A stretch of DNA of 64,000 bases, from assembly GCA_963804995.1 (NCBI GenBank), contig CAWDSK010000001.1, positions 371,305 through 435,304 of the forward strand. The letters run 5' to 3'. How positions within the stretch are numbered: position 1 is the stretch's first letter; each line of letters opens with the position of its first letter. A program made the position numbers and the translations under genes. The DNA is from an uncultured Acidobacteriota bacterium (GTDB lineage Bacteria > Acidobacteriota > Terriglobia > UBA7540). A model generated the notes under the pieces. That model did not search any database. It was not told the origin of the DNA and saw only the letters and a program-made list of their open reading frames with translations. This document shows positions 1-9,347 of this stretch, piece after piece.

Positions 1-176
1 ATGCCGTAGGAGATGCAGAGCCCGAAAGTCGGCGCGGAATGGTCTTCTGAAACCACCACGACCAACCCGTTCGGGAGCTTCTTGGTCACGGCAGGAACCT
101 TCCAGCCTTCCGCGGGGAAGGCGTTCGATGCGACGATCAAGAAAACCAGAAGTGTCCAAACGCGTGCAAGTCTCAT
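1..176 (-). CDS. M16 (pitrilysin/insulinase-like) peptidase, first 58 codons only; gene continues past the window start
   Basis: ATG at 176-174 is preceded by AAGGAG (187-182). The minus-strand translation MRLARVWTLLVFLIVASNAFPAEGWKVPAVTKKLPNGLVVVVSEDHSAPTFGLCISYG shows a signal peptide followed by the LPNGL...S.P stretch typical of M16 N-termini. It is not in the ORF track because it runs off the edge. Confidence 0.5.
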   Translation of the reverse strand, partial: MRLARVWTLLVFLIVASNAFPAEGWKVPAVTKKLPNGLVVVVSEDHSAPTFGLCISYG

Positions 177-267
177 TGTTTCTCCTTGGCCTGACTTCGG
201 CACCTTGGCCCACTTCACCACCCAGCGTCATACTTTTCCTGAAGGCTAAGCATTATAACTCCATTTC

Positions 268-377
268 TTTTCATAAACATCGCGAGATAGCGTTTTTAAC
301 TTATGTGTTTTCATCAACATGGCGAGAAGGCGGAAAACTGACATTTTGCCACCATTTGTTTTCAATAACATCGCCAG
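268..377. repeat. Three degenerate copies of a 19-nt motif, TTTTCAYMAACATSGCSAG
   Basis: Copies lie at 268-286 (ttttcataaacatcgcgag), 308-326 (ttttcatcaacatggcgag) and 359-377 (ttttcaataacatcgccag), spaced 40 and 51 nt apart. They sit in the 1.2-kb non-coding region upstream of the M16 peptidase gene. Confidence 0.6.
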
Positions 378-555
378 GCTATCCTTCATTATTTCCCCCG
401 CGTTTTTTCGCAACCCCGGCATCAGAATGAGCTGACTATCTTTGTTTCAGCGATATAGACTTTTGCAGGATTCTTGCTATTCACAGCTAACCCATTTTGT
501 TTGCTACACATAATGGAAAGCCGCGGGCAATTTTGTAGCGCTGAACTTTAGTTCA

Positions 556-660
556 GCATGTGCCGACCTCCCGACCAAGTCGGGACAGGTTCCGGTCGGC
601 GCTACATCGGCTTGTGCCGACCGTTCGCGGTGCTCAGGTCGGGCTCCGAAGGTCGGCACC
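556..660. repeat. REP-like element, family A (GCCGACC...GGTCGGC hairpins)
   Basis: gcatgtgccgacctcccgaccaagtcgggacaggttccggtcggcgctac closely matches the reverse complement of 23330-23385. It contains several short hairpins (ccgac..gtcgg). Confidence 0.7.
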
Positions 661-797
661 ACTTCGCGCAGATTTATGGCGTAATTCGTGTTTTTCAGCC
701 CACAATCCTGATCGATTGTCGTCAATTCTAGCAAAATTCCGGAATTTTCTGCAAAAAGGCTCGAATAATAGCCTGACATATTGTCACTTCTCTTGTG

Positions 798-816
798 TTT
801 TCATACACATCCCCGG
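798..816. repeat. Fourth copy of the TTTTCAYMAACAT motif
   Basis: ttttcatacacatccccgg is preceded by gtg, as is the copy at 308. Confidence 0.4.
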
Positions 817-1279
817 AGGTTCCTTCATTTTTAACATCTCTACGGGTCAGCGCCCCGTTTCGGGTTCTGATCAGCGTGCCGGTGAGCCGCCACAATTGGC
901 GCAAGCTGGAATCCTCCCTCTTCTGCATGAGCGGCGCGTTGCGGGTGCTCCTAGTGTGCTCGACTTCACCACGACACAATTCTCCATTAAATAGCCTAGC
1001 AGGGACGCGGCCATTGTCAAGAAAGATATATGTGAATGGGCTACCGGTAGCCCAAATCGTAAAGGAGGGGTGTCCAATTGTCCGAAATCGCGGGTGGCGC
1101 ATACGTGCCGCATTTTGGCAGGTATGCGGTCACAACCTTAGGTCCATATGCATCGGCTGCGAAGAGACCCCTCACCCGCCTGCGGGCCGGAGCCGATGTC
1201 ATTTACGGTTCCCAGGTGCCCCTTCGGTGGGCGTAGGCCCGTCGTGCTTCCCGATGAAGTGCATCGGGACAGTGCGCCA

Positions 1280-1305
1280 CCCTCTGTCGCCGCGGCGACA
1301 GAGGG
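1280..1305. repeat. Perfect 12-bp-stem hairpin, repeat family H
   Basis: ccctctgtcgcc-gc-ggcgacagaggg. A near copy, cccctctgtcgccgcggtgaccgagggggg, lies at 34192-34221. Confidence 0.6.
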
Positions 1306-1361
1306 CTATGGATTCCACGCGACCCGATTTTCGAATTTCGAGTTTCGATTTTCGTCTTTTG

Positions 1362-2441
1362 TCAGTTCTCGGCTGACGGGACGGGAACCTCATCGCCGAG
1401 GGCGGCATCGCCGGACGGGGCCTTGCCCACCACAATTTGCCAGACCAGGAATTCCAGCAGAATTTTGGAATTCTTCCACGACAACTTGATTCCCAAATCG
1501 GCGCGGCGCACGGCGCGCATGGCCTGCAACAATTCTTCGCGGGGATAATTCTTCTGCGTCAGGGGAGCAATCTCCGCCGTCGAGTAAGGGTTCGAGCCGC
1601 GCGACCAGCGATTGCCGTAGCTCGCCACTCCACGCAACGTCTGGCGAAATAAATCGCCAATGCACCAGAGGATGAGGGTTTCCGCCACTTTGCTGGCCAG
1701 AAGCTCGCGCAAGGTTTCAAGCGCCAGCCCGCACTTGCGCTCGCCGATGGCGCGTAAGAGCTTGCCGATTTCGTGCTCCTCGCGGAAGGCGACGATAACC
1801 TCAAGATCCGCGGGCTCCAGGCGCTTGAGGCCAGGCCGCGCGGTCATAAGCTTTTCGAGCTCGGTGCGCATCCAAAGCAGATTGACGGCGGAGGGGCCGG
1901 CAGCCGAACGCGAATCCTGGCTGATTTCGAACTTCGCAGCAATATCTTCCGCCAGATCATCCGCGAGCTCCACTCCTGCCTGCTCAAGAAAGCGCTGCGC
2001 CCAACCCGCGGCTTCCTGGCGGTCGGGGGAACGCAACTCGACAAGCTGCGCCTTCTTTTCGAGCAACTGGGTGAAGCGGCGGCGGCGGTCGGGCTCCGCG
2101 GCCATGAACACTACGGTTGAAAAGGGCGAGGGACGCTCCAGATAAGCCCGCAACGCTTCCACATCCTCATCGCCCGCGCCCTTGAAGTCTTCTGAATCCG
2201 ACAGCAGCAGGAAATTGTGGCCGCCCAGCATGGGCATCTGTTCCGCCCCTTCGAGGGCGTGCTGGAGCTGCCCCGCTTCAAAATCAATTTCCGCCAGGCA
2301 CCACTGGCGCGCGTCCGCGGGGATGGAGTTCAATACGGCCTTGCGACACTCCTCCTGAAGGAAGCGGTCAGGGCCGCGCAGAAAGTACGCGGTACCGGGT
2401 TGACCCTTGCGCAACGCTGCAATGAATTCGGTGGGGCGCAT
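1362..2441 (-). CDS. holA: DNA polymerase III delta subunit
   Basis: Taken from ORF 1362..2567, starting at the internal ATG 2441 (MRPTEFIAALRKGQPGTAYFLRGPDRFLQEECRKAV...). Length of about 359 aa and the N-terminal pattern are typical of HolA. Confidence 0.75.
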   Translation of the reverse strand: MRPTEFIAALRKGQPGTAYFLRGPDRFLQEECRKAVLNSIPADARQWCLAEIDFEAGQLQHALEGAEQMPMLGGHNFLLLSDSEDFKGAGDEDVEALRAYLERPSPFSTVVFMAAEPDRRRRFTQLLEKKAQLVELRSPDRQEAAGWAQRFLEQAGVELADDLAEDIAAKFEISQDSRSAAGPSAVNLLWMRTELEKLMTARPGLKRLEPADLEVIVAFREEHEIGKLLRAIGERKCGLALETLRELLASKVAETLILWCIGDLFRQTLRGVASYGNRWSRGSNPYSTAEIAPLTQKNYPREELLQAMRAVRRADLGIKLSWKNSKILLEFLVWQIVVGKAPSGDAALGDEVPVPSAEN

Positions 2442-2679
2442 CGAGAAGAGTGTAGCGGCAAGCGGGGGGAATTCGATAGCGAAAACGGAGCGAAAGTTTC
2501 GGCAGATCGGGAGATCGGGTGATCCGGTGATCGAAGCGGAGAGGGCTCGCTTTGGTGCCCTAATCAAAAGAGGTCTTCCCGACTCTGTCGGGGCCCGCTA
2601 AAGGCTCGCTGCCTACTGCTTACTGCCTTCCGCTTTCCGCCTTCCACCTATTCACCCCCATGGTGGGGGCGCGCCCTCA

Positions 2680-3801
2680 TTATTCCAATCGAATTATCAC
2701 GATTTCGGGATGGTTGCCGGTGCGCATGGGGGGACCCCAGGTGCCGGCGCCACTCGTAGCGTACGAGGCGTAATCACCTTCGACATGCAACCCGTAGTAA
2801 TACCTTCCATAGATTAACCGCGTGATGAACTGGAGAGGGAAAATCTGGCCGCGATGGACGTGCCCGGAGAGCTGCAGGTTGATCCCCGCCGCCTTCGCTT
2901 CGGCGATGTGGGTGGGGCTATGGTAGAGCAGAATCGACGGCAGAGTGGGGTCAAAGCCGGAGAGGCTCGCAAGCTTGCCGGTAAAATCCAACGCGTGGCC
3001 GCGCTCCGGGTAGCTGAGCCCGATCACCTGCAGGCCATCGATCACCGCCATCTCGTCGGCGAGGATCCTGACCGGAGTCGTGCGGAGCGCCGCGGTCGCA
3101 CGCTCCACGCCCAGATAGGTTTCGTGGTTTCCAGTCACAAAGTAGATCCCCAGCGGGGCGCGGAGGTCGTTCAGCGGGGCGACCAATTGCTCGAGATTGC
3201 CGTCGACACCGTCAAAAAGGTCCCCGGTAATGAAGACCGCCGCGGGATTTTCAGCGTTAACTTTGTCCAAGATGTTCGCCAGGAAGCGGGAACGCGCGGC
3301 TTGTCCCAGGTGAATATCGGAAATTTGGATAACTTTTCGACCTCGCCAGGCCGGCGGCAAATTTTTGATGCGGACGGTGAGATTTTTAACCCGGGGGTGA
3401 TAGGCGTTCCAAACACCGTAGGCGGAGTACAGGCACGCCACTCCAACCGCTGCGAGCCCAAACCAGAAGGGACGCGGAGTGTGGGTAAAAATCCGGGTCA
3501 CTCCCCAGGCGATCCAGGCAAACGCCAAGGCGGTAATCAGCGTCAGTCCCACTCCCAGCCAGAGCGCGGTGCAGAAATAGAACACGCGGGAAAGAATGTT
3601 GTCAGTCCAATGCGAAAGAATGGACAACGCAATGAAGCTGAGCGGGAGGAAATAAAGCAACGCGGCCAGCACAAGCCTGCGCTCCGGCTGAGCGACATCG
3701 AAAAAATACACGACCGAAAAGTAGAAGAAGTCATGGCCTAAAAACAGGATGGAGAAGACAATGAGAATGAAGAGCGGAACGACGATCAGGCTTCGCGCCA
3801 T
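2680..3801 (-). CDS. Membrane-anchored metallophosphoesterase (calcineurin-like, YaeI-type)
   Basis: 373 aa with four or five N-terminal TM helices followed by DIHLG...GDLFDG...GNHE...GHVHRG phosphoesterase motifs. Confidence 0.8.
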   Translation of the reverse strand: MARSLIVVPLFILIVFSILFLGHDFFYFSVVYFFDVAQPERRLVLAALLYFLPLSFIALSILSHWTDNILSRVFYFCTALWLGVGLTLITALAFAWIAWGVTRIFTHTPRPFWFGLAAVGVACLYSAYGVWNAYHPRVKNLTVRIKNLPPAWRGRKVIQISDIHLGQAARSRFLANILDKVNAENPAAVFITGDLFDGVDGNLEQLVAPLNDLRAPLGIYFVTGNHETYLGVERATAALRTTPVRILADEMAVIDGLQVIGLSYPERGHALDFTGKLASLSGFDPTLPSILLYHSPTHIAEAKAAGINLQLSGHVHRGQIFPLQFITRLIYGRYYYGLHVEGDYASYATSGAGTWGPPMRTGNHPEIVIIRLE

Positions 3802-4017
3802 AGGGTGTCACTGCCGAGCGGCACAGTCAGCCATTTTACACGGAGGTGTTGGGATTGGAAAGAATCCGATAATCGGGTGATCGTATGGCGGAACATGACC
3901 CCCATTGGAACTCAGGAGAATTGGCAATCACCCTATCGCCAAGTCACTCAATCAATGACCCGATGGCCCGATGGCTCGATGGCTCGATGCCGCCGTCTCC
4001 CCAACCCCGGGTTGCAG

Positions 4018-5049
4018 CTACTGCTGGTCGGCGCTCACCACTCGATAGGCTTTATCGATGTTCGCGGGTAGGTCTTTCGCCAGCATGCCGGGCGGGAAGC
4101 GGTCCGCGTACTTCGGCAGCAGCTTTGCGGCGACCTGGTTACGAGCCTCGAGGCGCGTGGCGCCCCCGGCGTAGGCTTCGGCGGCTGCATCCATCAGGTC
4201 GCGTAAGTAGGCCCTCCACAAATCGAAGGTACCCTTGCCGTGCATCAAATCACCGTGGCCGCCCAAGGCCCACTCAAAGTCGAGCTTCTCAACGTTGGCA
4301 AGGGTCTGGATCCAATCATAGGGATAGCCGTCTCCCATGTAGGGCACCCAGCCTTGCAGCATGTCGCCGGTGGCGATGAATTTCTCCTTGGGCAGATACA
4401 CCACCACGTCGCCTTCGGTGTGCGCCCGGCCGAGGAAGAGGATTTCCACGGTGCGGGTCTTCTGGTGCAGGATAAGGCTGCGATCGAAGGTCAGCGTGGG
4501 CAGCGTCACCTGCATGTTCTGAAGTTCCCCCAGGTAGGCCTGATCCTGGCGAAGGTTTTCCTGGATTTTCGCCTTCTCGGCGGGATCGGTCGCGGCGGCG
4601 AGATCCGCTTGGAGTTTGGCGATTTCTTGGGGAGTGTCGAGTAGCGCGCGCTTGACCCGGGGGACGCCGCGATCCTGCATATTCTCGCGCGCGGATTCCG
4701 ACGAAATGATTTCAATGCCGGCAGGCCACGCGCCTATGTAAGCCTGATTGCCCTGGTAATGATCCCAGTGGAAGTGCGTATTAACGACGTAGCGCACCGG
4801 CTTGTCAGTAATCGTCTTGATCTGCGCAATCAGGGCGCGCGCCGCGGAGGGTTTGGAGTGCGTGTCCACCACCAGCACACTCTCATCCAACAGAATCACC
4901 GCGGCGTTGCAATTCACCTTGAATTGCTCTTTGGACACTGCCGCGTATACCCCCGGCACAACTTGCTTCAGCGTGAAGAGGTCTTCGGCGCACGCGAAGC
5001 CCGGTGCAAGCATAAGAACAACCATCGCCAACCACCGCAGATGCTTCAT
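4018..5049 (-). CDS. Secreted MBL-fold metallo-hydrolase
   Basis: Carries the HFHWDH (HxHxDH) motif. ATG 5049 has an AGGAGA SD 6 nt upstream and opens a signal peptide, MKHLRWLAMVVLMLAPGFACA. The ORF track begins at GTG 5079. Confidence 0.8.
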   Translation of the reverse strand: MKHLRWLAMVVLMLAPGFACAEDLFTLKQVVPGVYAAVSKEQFKVNCNAAVILLDESVLVVDTHSKPSAARALIAQIKTITDKPVRYVVNTHFHWDHYQGNQAYIGAWPAGIEIISSESARENMQDRGVPRVKRALLDTPQEIAKLQADLAAATDPAEKAKIQENLRQDQAYLGELQNMQVTLPTLTFDRSLILHQKTRTVEILFLGRAHTEGDVVVYLPKEKFIATGDMLQGWVPYMGDGYPYDWIQTLANVEKLDFEWALGGHGDLMHGKGTFDLWRAYLRDLMDAAAEAYAGGATRLEARNQVAAKLLPKYADRFPPGMLAKDLPANIDKAYRVVSADQQ

Positions 5050-5240
5050 TGCCCGTCTCCTGTTACGTGGATCCTTCACTTAGAAGTGGTGGGATTGTAC
5101 CAGAACCCTTCGAGTGATGGAACGGCCTGTCACGGTGAGTGGCGGTTCAATTTGACGCGGCGGAATTTATCCCGAGGTTATCGGGACGCGGCCCTTTGGC
5201 GAGGTTATCTCGCCCGATGCGCCGCCCCCGCCGACTGGTC

Positions 5241-5313
5241 GTAGCGGCGAGTTTATCTCGCCATGTGGCGGCGCTATGCCGCCACGAAAATGGCGAGGTA
5301 AACTCGCCGCTAC
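5241..5313. repeat. REP-like palindromic element, family B
   Basis: gtagcggcgagtttatctcgccat...atggcgaggtaaactcgccgctac. Copies lie at 33060-33132 and 33309-33351 (the latter a half element). Confidence 0.75.
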
Positions 5314-5361
5314 GGCAAAAGATTGGCACCACTACTCCGCGGTGAGGTTCGCGGCGCGACA

Positions 5362-5895
5362 TCATTTTGGTGGAGTGACAGGGGCCGGAGGAGCCGTGAG
5401 CGCCTCATGCACAGAGGCCGGAAGCTTATCGGCGTTGGCGAGCAGAAGGCTGACCTGCCATAGTTGCTGTTCGGATAGGGAACGTGCGAAGCCCGGCATG
5501 CCCGTCAGGCGGATGCCATTCTTGGCTTTCCAGTAGGTCTCACCCGGCGGATCGTCGTCGACCATGTGGTGCGGCTGGAATAGTTGGGGAGCTTTGGGGA
5601 ACATGCCACCCGCCACAACCGGCGCCGGCTGATCGGGGAGGCCATGGCACATCGCGCAATTATCCCGATAGACGCGCGCACCCGCGAGGTATGCCGCCTC
5701 ATCCGCCGCTAGAGGGACAACGGTAGGCATTTCCTTGCTGATTCTGGCGCGCAATGCGGAGCTCGCAATTTTCCTTTCGAAAGGCATGGGCGGGTCGGAA
5801 GCCGCCGCTGGCGCCCTCCCGGACATCAAATAGAAGTATGCCAATCCAGGAATCAGCGCCATTCCCAAGATCAATCCCAGAATGAACTTCTTCAC
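5362..5895 (-). CDS. Membrane-anchored c-type cytochrome
   Basis: 177 aa with an N-terminal TM helix and a single CAMCH haem-binding motif. The start codon is GTG. Confidence 0.75.
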   Translation of the reverse strand: MKKFILGLILGMALIPGLAYFYLMSGRAPAAASDPPMPFERKIASSALRARISKEMPTVVPLAADEAAYLAGARVYRDNCAMCHGLPDQPAPVVAGGMFPKAPQLFQPHHMVDDDPPGETYWKAKNGIRLTGMPGFARSLSEQQLWQVSLLLANADKLPASVHEALTAPPAPVTPPK

Positions 5896-6064
5896 GAGTG
5901 AATGTCCCCCCTTGAAAGATGAACCGCAGGCACGCTCTCTATCGCTACCAGATCAGTTGTGCCCAGGAAACAGAACTTCGCCCCACCACTGACTCCTCGT
6001 GATTATATCCTCTTTTTGTTCGCGCAAGTTGCATTGAGACGAGTCAAAAAACTCTCGGCTCTTA

Positions 6065-8191
6065 TCAGGAGCCTTGCCATCGCGGCCAGGCAAGCACGGC
6101 GCGGTAGTTCGATTCGTTGTAGAGCGGGTTGCGTAAGGGTGCGTAGATGCGCTCACCTTTAAACGGGCGGTCCTGGGTATAGATCCACACCCTCTCCTGG
6201 TCCCACAGGATCACTTCATCCCTTGCATCCCCCGTTACATCCGCCACGGCGCAGCACAGGTCCGGATGTCCGTCATCAGGAAAAGTCACGACCCGTCTCA
6301 GTTGTCCATCCAGCATCCCCCCCTCCCGGACGTTCCCCGAGAGCAGCGCAAAGACCTGCCCGTCTCCGCGCCAGTTCACCGGCAACAAAGGACTGCCGGC
6401 ATGTGCGGGCTCTTCCTGCGCCAGAATATTGCCGTCCGCATCGAACAGCGTGATGATACCGGGGTTGTACCAGAAATTGACGGTCATGCATTGCAGGCCG
6501 GGGAGGGCTGGCCGGTACTTCCCCACACTGAGGTTCTGCGCGTGGCCGATTCTCACATGTTTCTGAATCTCACCACGGTCGTCGAACACGATAAACCCTT
6601 CGTCGCTCCCGCAGGCATAAACGCGGGGGCGAGCCGCCGGGTCACCGCTGAAATTCCCCATAATGACGGCGTCGGCATGGTCACGTAACGCGCGGTCCTG
6701 GCTCCAGAGTTGATGCCCGGAGGAATCCCACACCGAGTAGCCAATCACCACCTTATCCAGGCCCCCGGGCTCCGAGGCGTAAGCATAGGGGAAGTGGCCC
6801 GTCTGGCCCTGGCCCTGCCACAGAATCTCAAGCCGGTTGTTCAAAATCCAAAAGTTGGAGTAACGGTCTTTAATCAGGAGTTCATGGCGCCCAGGTTCGC
6901 CGGACAGGTTGAAAAACGCAATGCAGTCACCGTTGACGAGTTCATAGGGGCGCGCGGCGGCAGGAGGAGCTGAAGGCATCCACACCCAACGCCGCACCTT
7001 TCCCGTAGCACCGTCCAGAATCTGAAGTTTGAAATCACGCACCAGCACAACTTCCGCGCGCCCATCCCCGTCGATGTCGTGGATCTGAAACGGCGTATCA
7101 TTGGTGAGCAAGCCATTGCGAGGGTCAGGCCTGCCTGATTGCCAAAGGATCCTTCCGTCCAGCTTGACCGCCGTGAGGCAACTGATTTGGTCAAAGTCAT
7201 CCGCGTGAACCCGGGGAATGTTCTGGCAGATCAGCATCTCGAGTTGACTGTCGCCATCCAGGTCTCCAAACCGCACGTTGCGGCCCGCCCCGAAACGCGG
7301 CGTGGCAAACTTCTTCCAAAGTTTGGGCTGCGGATTTTCTGATCGCAGGCTGCCGAGTTCGCGTTCGCGGCGTTCCACGCGGTCGTCAATCTGCTGCTTC
7401 ACCTCCGCCGGACAGGTGACGGCGAAATCCTGAAACCTGGCCGGGATATTGGCTGAAACACCCACTTTCCCCGCGGTTAGTTCAGTGTCACTCGTCTCCA
7501 GCAACTTCCTTCCGTCCACCCAGGCACGGATCAGCGGCCCCTCGTTTTCCACCCGCAGGGTGTAATAACGCTGGGTGTCATAAGCGAACTCACAGGCTGC
7601 AAGCTCGCGCCAATCCGCGATCCGGAAAGCGGTTTCTATCGGCCGGCGCACCGCCAAACGGGCCGTGTGCCCTCCCGTCAGCGCGAACAAGTAATAATGA
7701 CGATTGGTATGGTAGCGGAAGACCACGCCCGCCAGATCGGCCAGGGATAACGGGCGCACCCGCACTTCGACGGTGTAGTCGCTCCACGCTGAGTCCCCGG
7801 TAAGGAAAATCGGGCTCATGAGCTTGGGGCGGGTATTGACCGGGTGCTGTTCCAGATAAGGCCGGCCGTCTTCGTCACTCACCACCCAGGCATCCAAATG
7901 CGTAATGGGATTTGCCCAAGGCTCCAACGGAACCCCGCGATGGCTGAGGTAGTGAACTTCTTGGATGGAGGGGTCGAGCTGACGGACAGGTGAAGAAAGC
8001 CAGCCGGCAGGGAATTTGGAGAAATCATCGCGCAGGAGGATGGAACTTCCTGTCGGGCTGGAAGCCTGAAAACCCGAACTCAGGGGGGCCGCCCTTTTTT
8101 TCGCGGCCGGCGCGGGTGGCTGCAAGAGGACCTTCGAGGCACCGAGACCGGCGACCATGGTTCCCTTACGAAGAAAATTGCGTCGATCCAT
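6065..8191 (-). CDS. Tat-exported protein with a LamG/DUF1080-like domain and an FG-GAP/VCBS beta-propeller
   Basis: 708 aa. It has the twin-arginine leader MDRRNFLRKGTMVAGLGA and repeated GDLDGDSQLE / DIDGDGRAEVV Ca-binding FG-GAP-like motifs. Function is not assigned. Confidence 0.6.
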   Translation of the reverse strand: MDRRNFLRKGTMVAGLGASKVLLQPPAPAAKKRAAPLSSGFQASSPTGSSILLRDDFSKFPAGWLSSPVRQLDPSIQEVHYLSHRGVPLEPWANPITHLDAWVVSDEDGRPYLEQHPVNTRPKLMSPIFLTGDSAWSDYTVEVRVRPLSLADLAGVVFRYHTNRHYYLFALTGGHTARLAVRRPIETAFRIADWRELAACEFAYDTQRYYTLRVENEGPLIRAWVDGRKLLETSDTELTAGKVGVSANIPARFQDFAVTCPAEVKQQIDDRVERRERELGSLRSENPQPKLWKKFATPRFGAGRNVRFGDLDGDSQLEMLICQNIPRVHADDFDQISCLTAVKLDGRILWQSGRPDPRNGLLTNDTPFQIHDIDGDGRAEVVLVRDFKLQILDGATGKVRRWVWMPSAPPAAARPYELVNGDCIAFFNLSGEPGRHELLIKDRYSNFWILNNRLEILWQGQGQTGHFPYAYASEPGGLDKVVIGYSVWDSSGHQLWSQDRALRDHADAVIMGNFSGDPAARPRVYACGSDEGFIVFDDRGEIQKHVRIGHAQNLSVGKYRPALPGLQCMTVNFWYNPGIITLFDADGNILAQEEPAHAGSPLLPVNWRGDGQVFALLSGNVREGGMLDGQLRRVVTFPDDGHPDLCCAVADVTGDARDEVILWDQERVWIYTQDRPFKGERIYAPLRNPLYNESNYRAVLAWPRWQGS

Positions 8192-8294
8192 ACTCGTCAG
8201 CCCCCTCTTAGATAACTGGAGGTCACCGATTCCGATATGGGTTCTTGTGCTACAATCTGCCAGCCTCGGGAAATTACATCAAACCAGAGATCTT

Positions 8295-9347
8295 ATGCAA
8301 ACCCATTACCGCATGACGAATCCGGCCTGGACTTTGGCCTACTCGTTGCTTGTCGCCTGCTCTATCGCCTCCGCTAGAACTTACGAGGTTCAGCCGGAAG
8401 GCTATTCTGACACGTTCTCCGCCGACAAAAAGCCAATCCTTGAGATTCATTCCGGTGATACCGTCCAAACCAGCACTTGGGATGCCCTGGGGCAGGACAA
8501 GCGTGGTGTGGCTCACGTTCCCAACCCTTTCGGTTTTCCGGAGCTCAGCAATCCACTGTTGGGGCCTTTCTACATTCAGGATTCCGACTACGGCGATGTC
8601 CTGGAAGTGCACCTGGATAAAGTAAGGCTGAATCGGAACTGGGGGTATTCGAACTACCGCCTGCTAACCACCATCATAATCCCAGGCACGATTGAGGGCC
8701 TTTATAAGAACTACTACAAGCCGGACGCCGTGTGGCCCGGAAAGGCGAACCTGATCCCCTGGGACCTTGACCTCGAGCGCGGAGTCGCCACGCCACGGCT
8801 GCTCCAAGGTTCGGGGATGAAGCTTGATCTCCCCACCAAGCCGATGCTGGGCTGCATTGGAGTGGCGGCCCCCGGTGAGGACGTTGGCACCGCCGATATC
8901 TCAGGTCCCTGGGGCGGCAACATGGATTACAACGATGTGGTGGAAGGCGCGACACTCTACTTCCCCGTGTATCATAAAGGCGCGTATTTCTACATTGGTG
9001 ACGGGCACGCCCTGCAAGGCGATGGGGAAGGCCTGGGCATGGGCATTGAGACCTCCATGGACGTTCAGTTCAGCGTCAGAGTCCTCAAAGGCAGGCGAAT
9101 CGCCATGCCTCGATTGGTGAATGACGACTACATCATCACCATCGCCAGCCAGCCGGAGTATCGCAGTAACCTCGATCTCGGCCTCCAAGCAGCAAACTCT
9201 GAAATGATTGCCTGGCTGACCAGCGAGTACAAGCTCACGCCGCCGGAAGCACATCTCTTAATGGGAATGGAAGTCCGCCACAAAATTGTGACGTACTTTG
9301 GTAGCGTCACGGCCATGATCCCGAGAAGCTGCCTCCCGCGCCGTTGA
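8295..9347 (+). CDS. Acetamidase/formamidase family protein (secreted)
   Basis: Taken from ORF 8157..9347, starting at ATG 8295 (MQTHYRMTNPAWTLAYSLLVACSIASA signal). It carries the FmdA/AmdA-type motif YFYIGDGHALQGDGE. Confidence 0.8.
   Translation: MQTHYRMTNPAWTLAYSLLVACSIASARTYEVQPEGYSDTFSADKKPILEIHSGDTVQTSTWDALGQDKRGVAHVPNPFGFPELSNPLLGPFYIQDSDYGDVLEVHLDKVRLNRNWGYSNYRLLTTIIIPGTIEGLYKNYYKPDAVWPGKANLIPWDLDLERGVATPRLLQGSGMKLDLPTKPMLGCIGVAAPGEDVGTADISGPWGGNMDYNDVVEGATLYFPVYHKGAYFYIGDGHALQGDGEGLGMGIETSMDVQFSVRVLKGRRIAMPRLVNDDYIITIASQPEYRSNLDLGLQAANSEMIAWLTSEYKLTPPEAHLLMGMEVRHKIVTYFGSVTAMIPRSCLPRR

Noticed and set aside
268-377. A degenerate CRISPR array formed by the TTTTCAYMAACAT repeats.
   Set aside because: There are only three adjacent copies. 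The repeats are 19 nt and non-identical, the spacers are 21-32 nt and irregular, and there is no cas gene or leader-like context.
2854-3741. Long antisense ORFs opposite well-supported genes: 2854..3741, 20667..21497, 23732..24472, 41389..42243, 42793..43836, 46999..47895, 49783..50709, 52916..54073, 54922..55866 and 56050..56910.
   Set aside because: Each lies entirely within, and antisense to, a gene with clear family motifs. Their translations are Arg/Gly/Pro/His-rich low-complexity sequence, typical of stop-poor antisense frames in high-GC DNA. None has a recognisable domain or SD.
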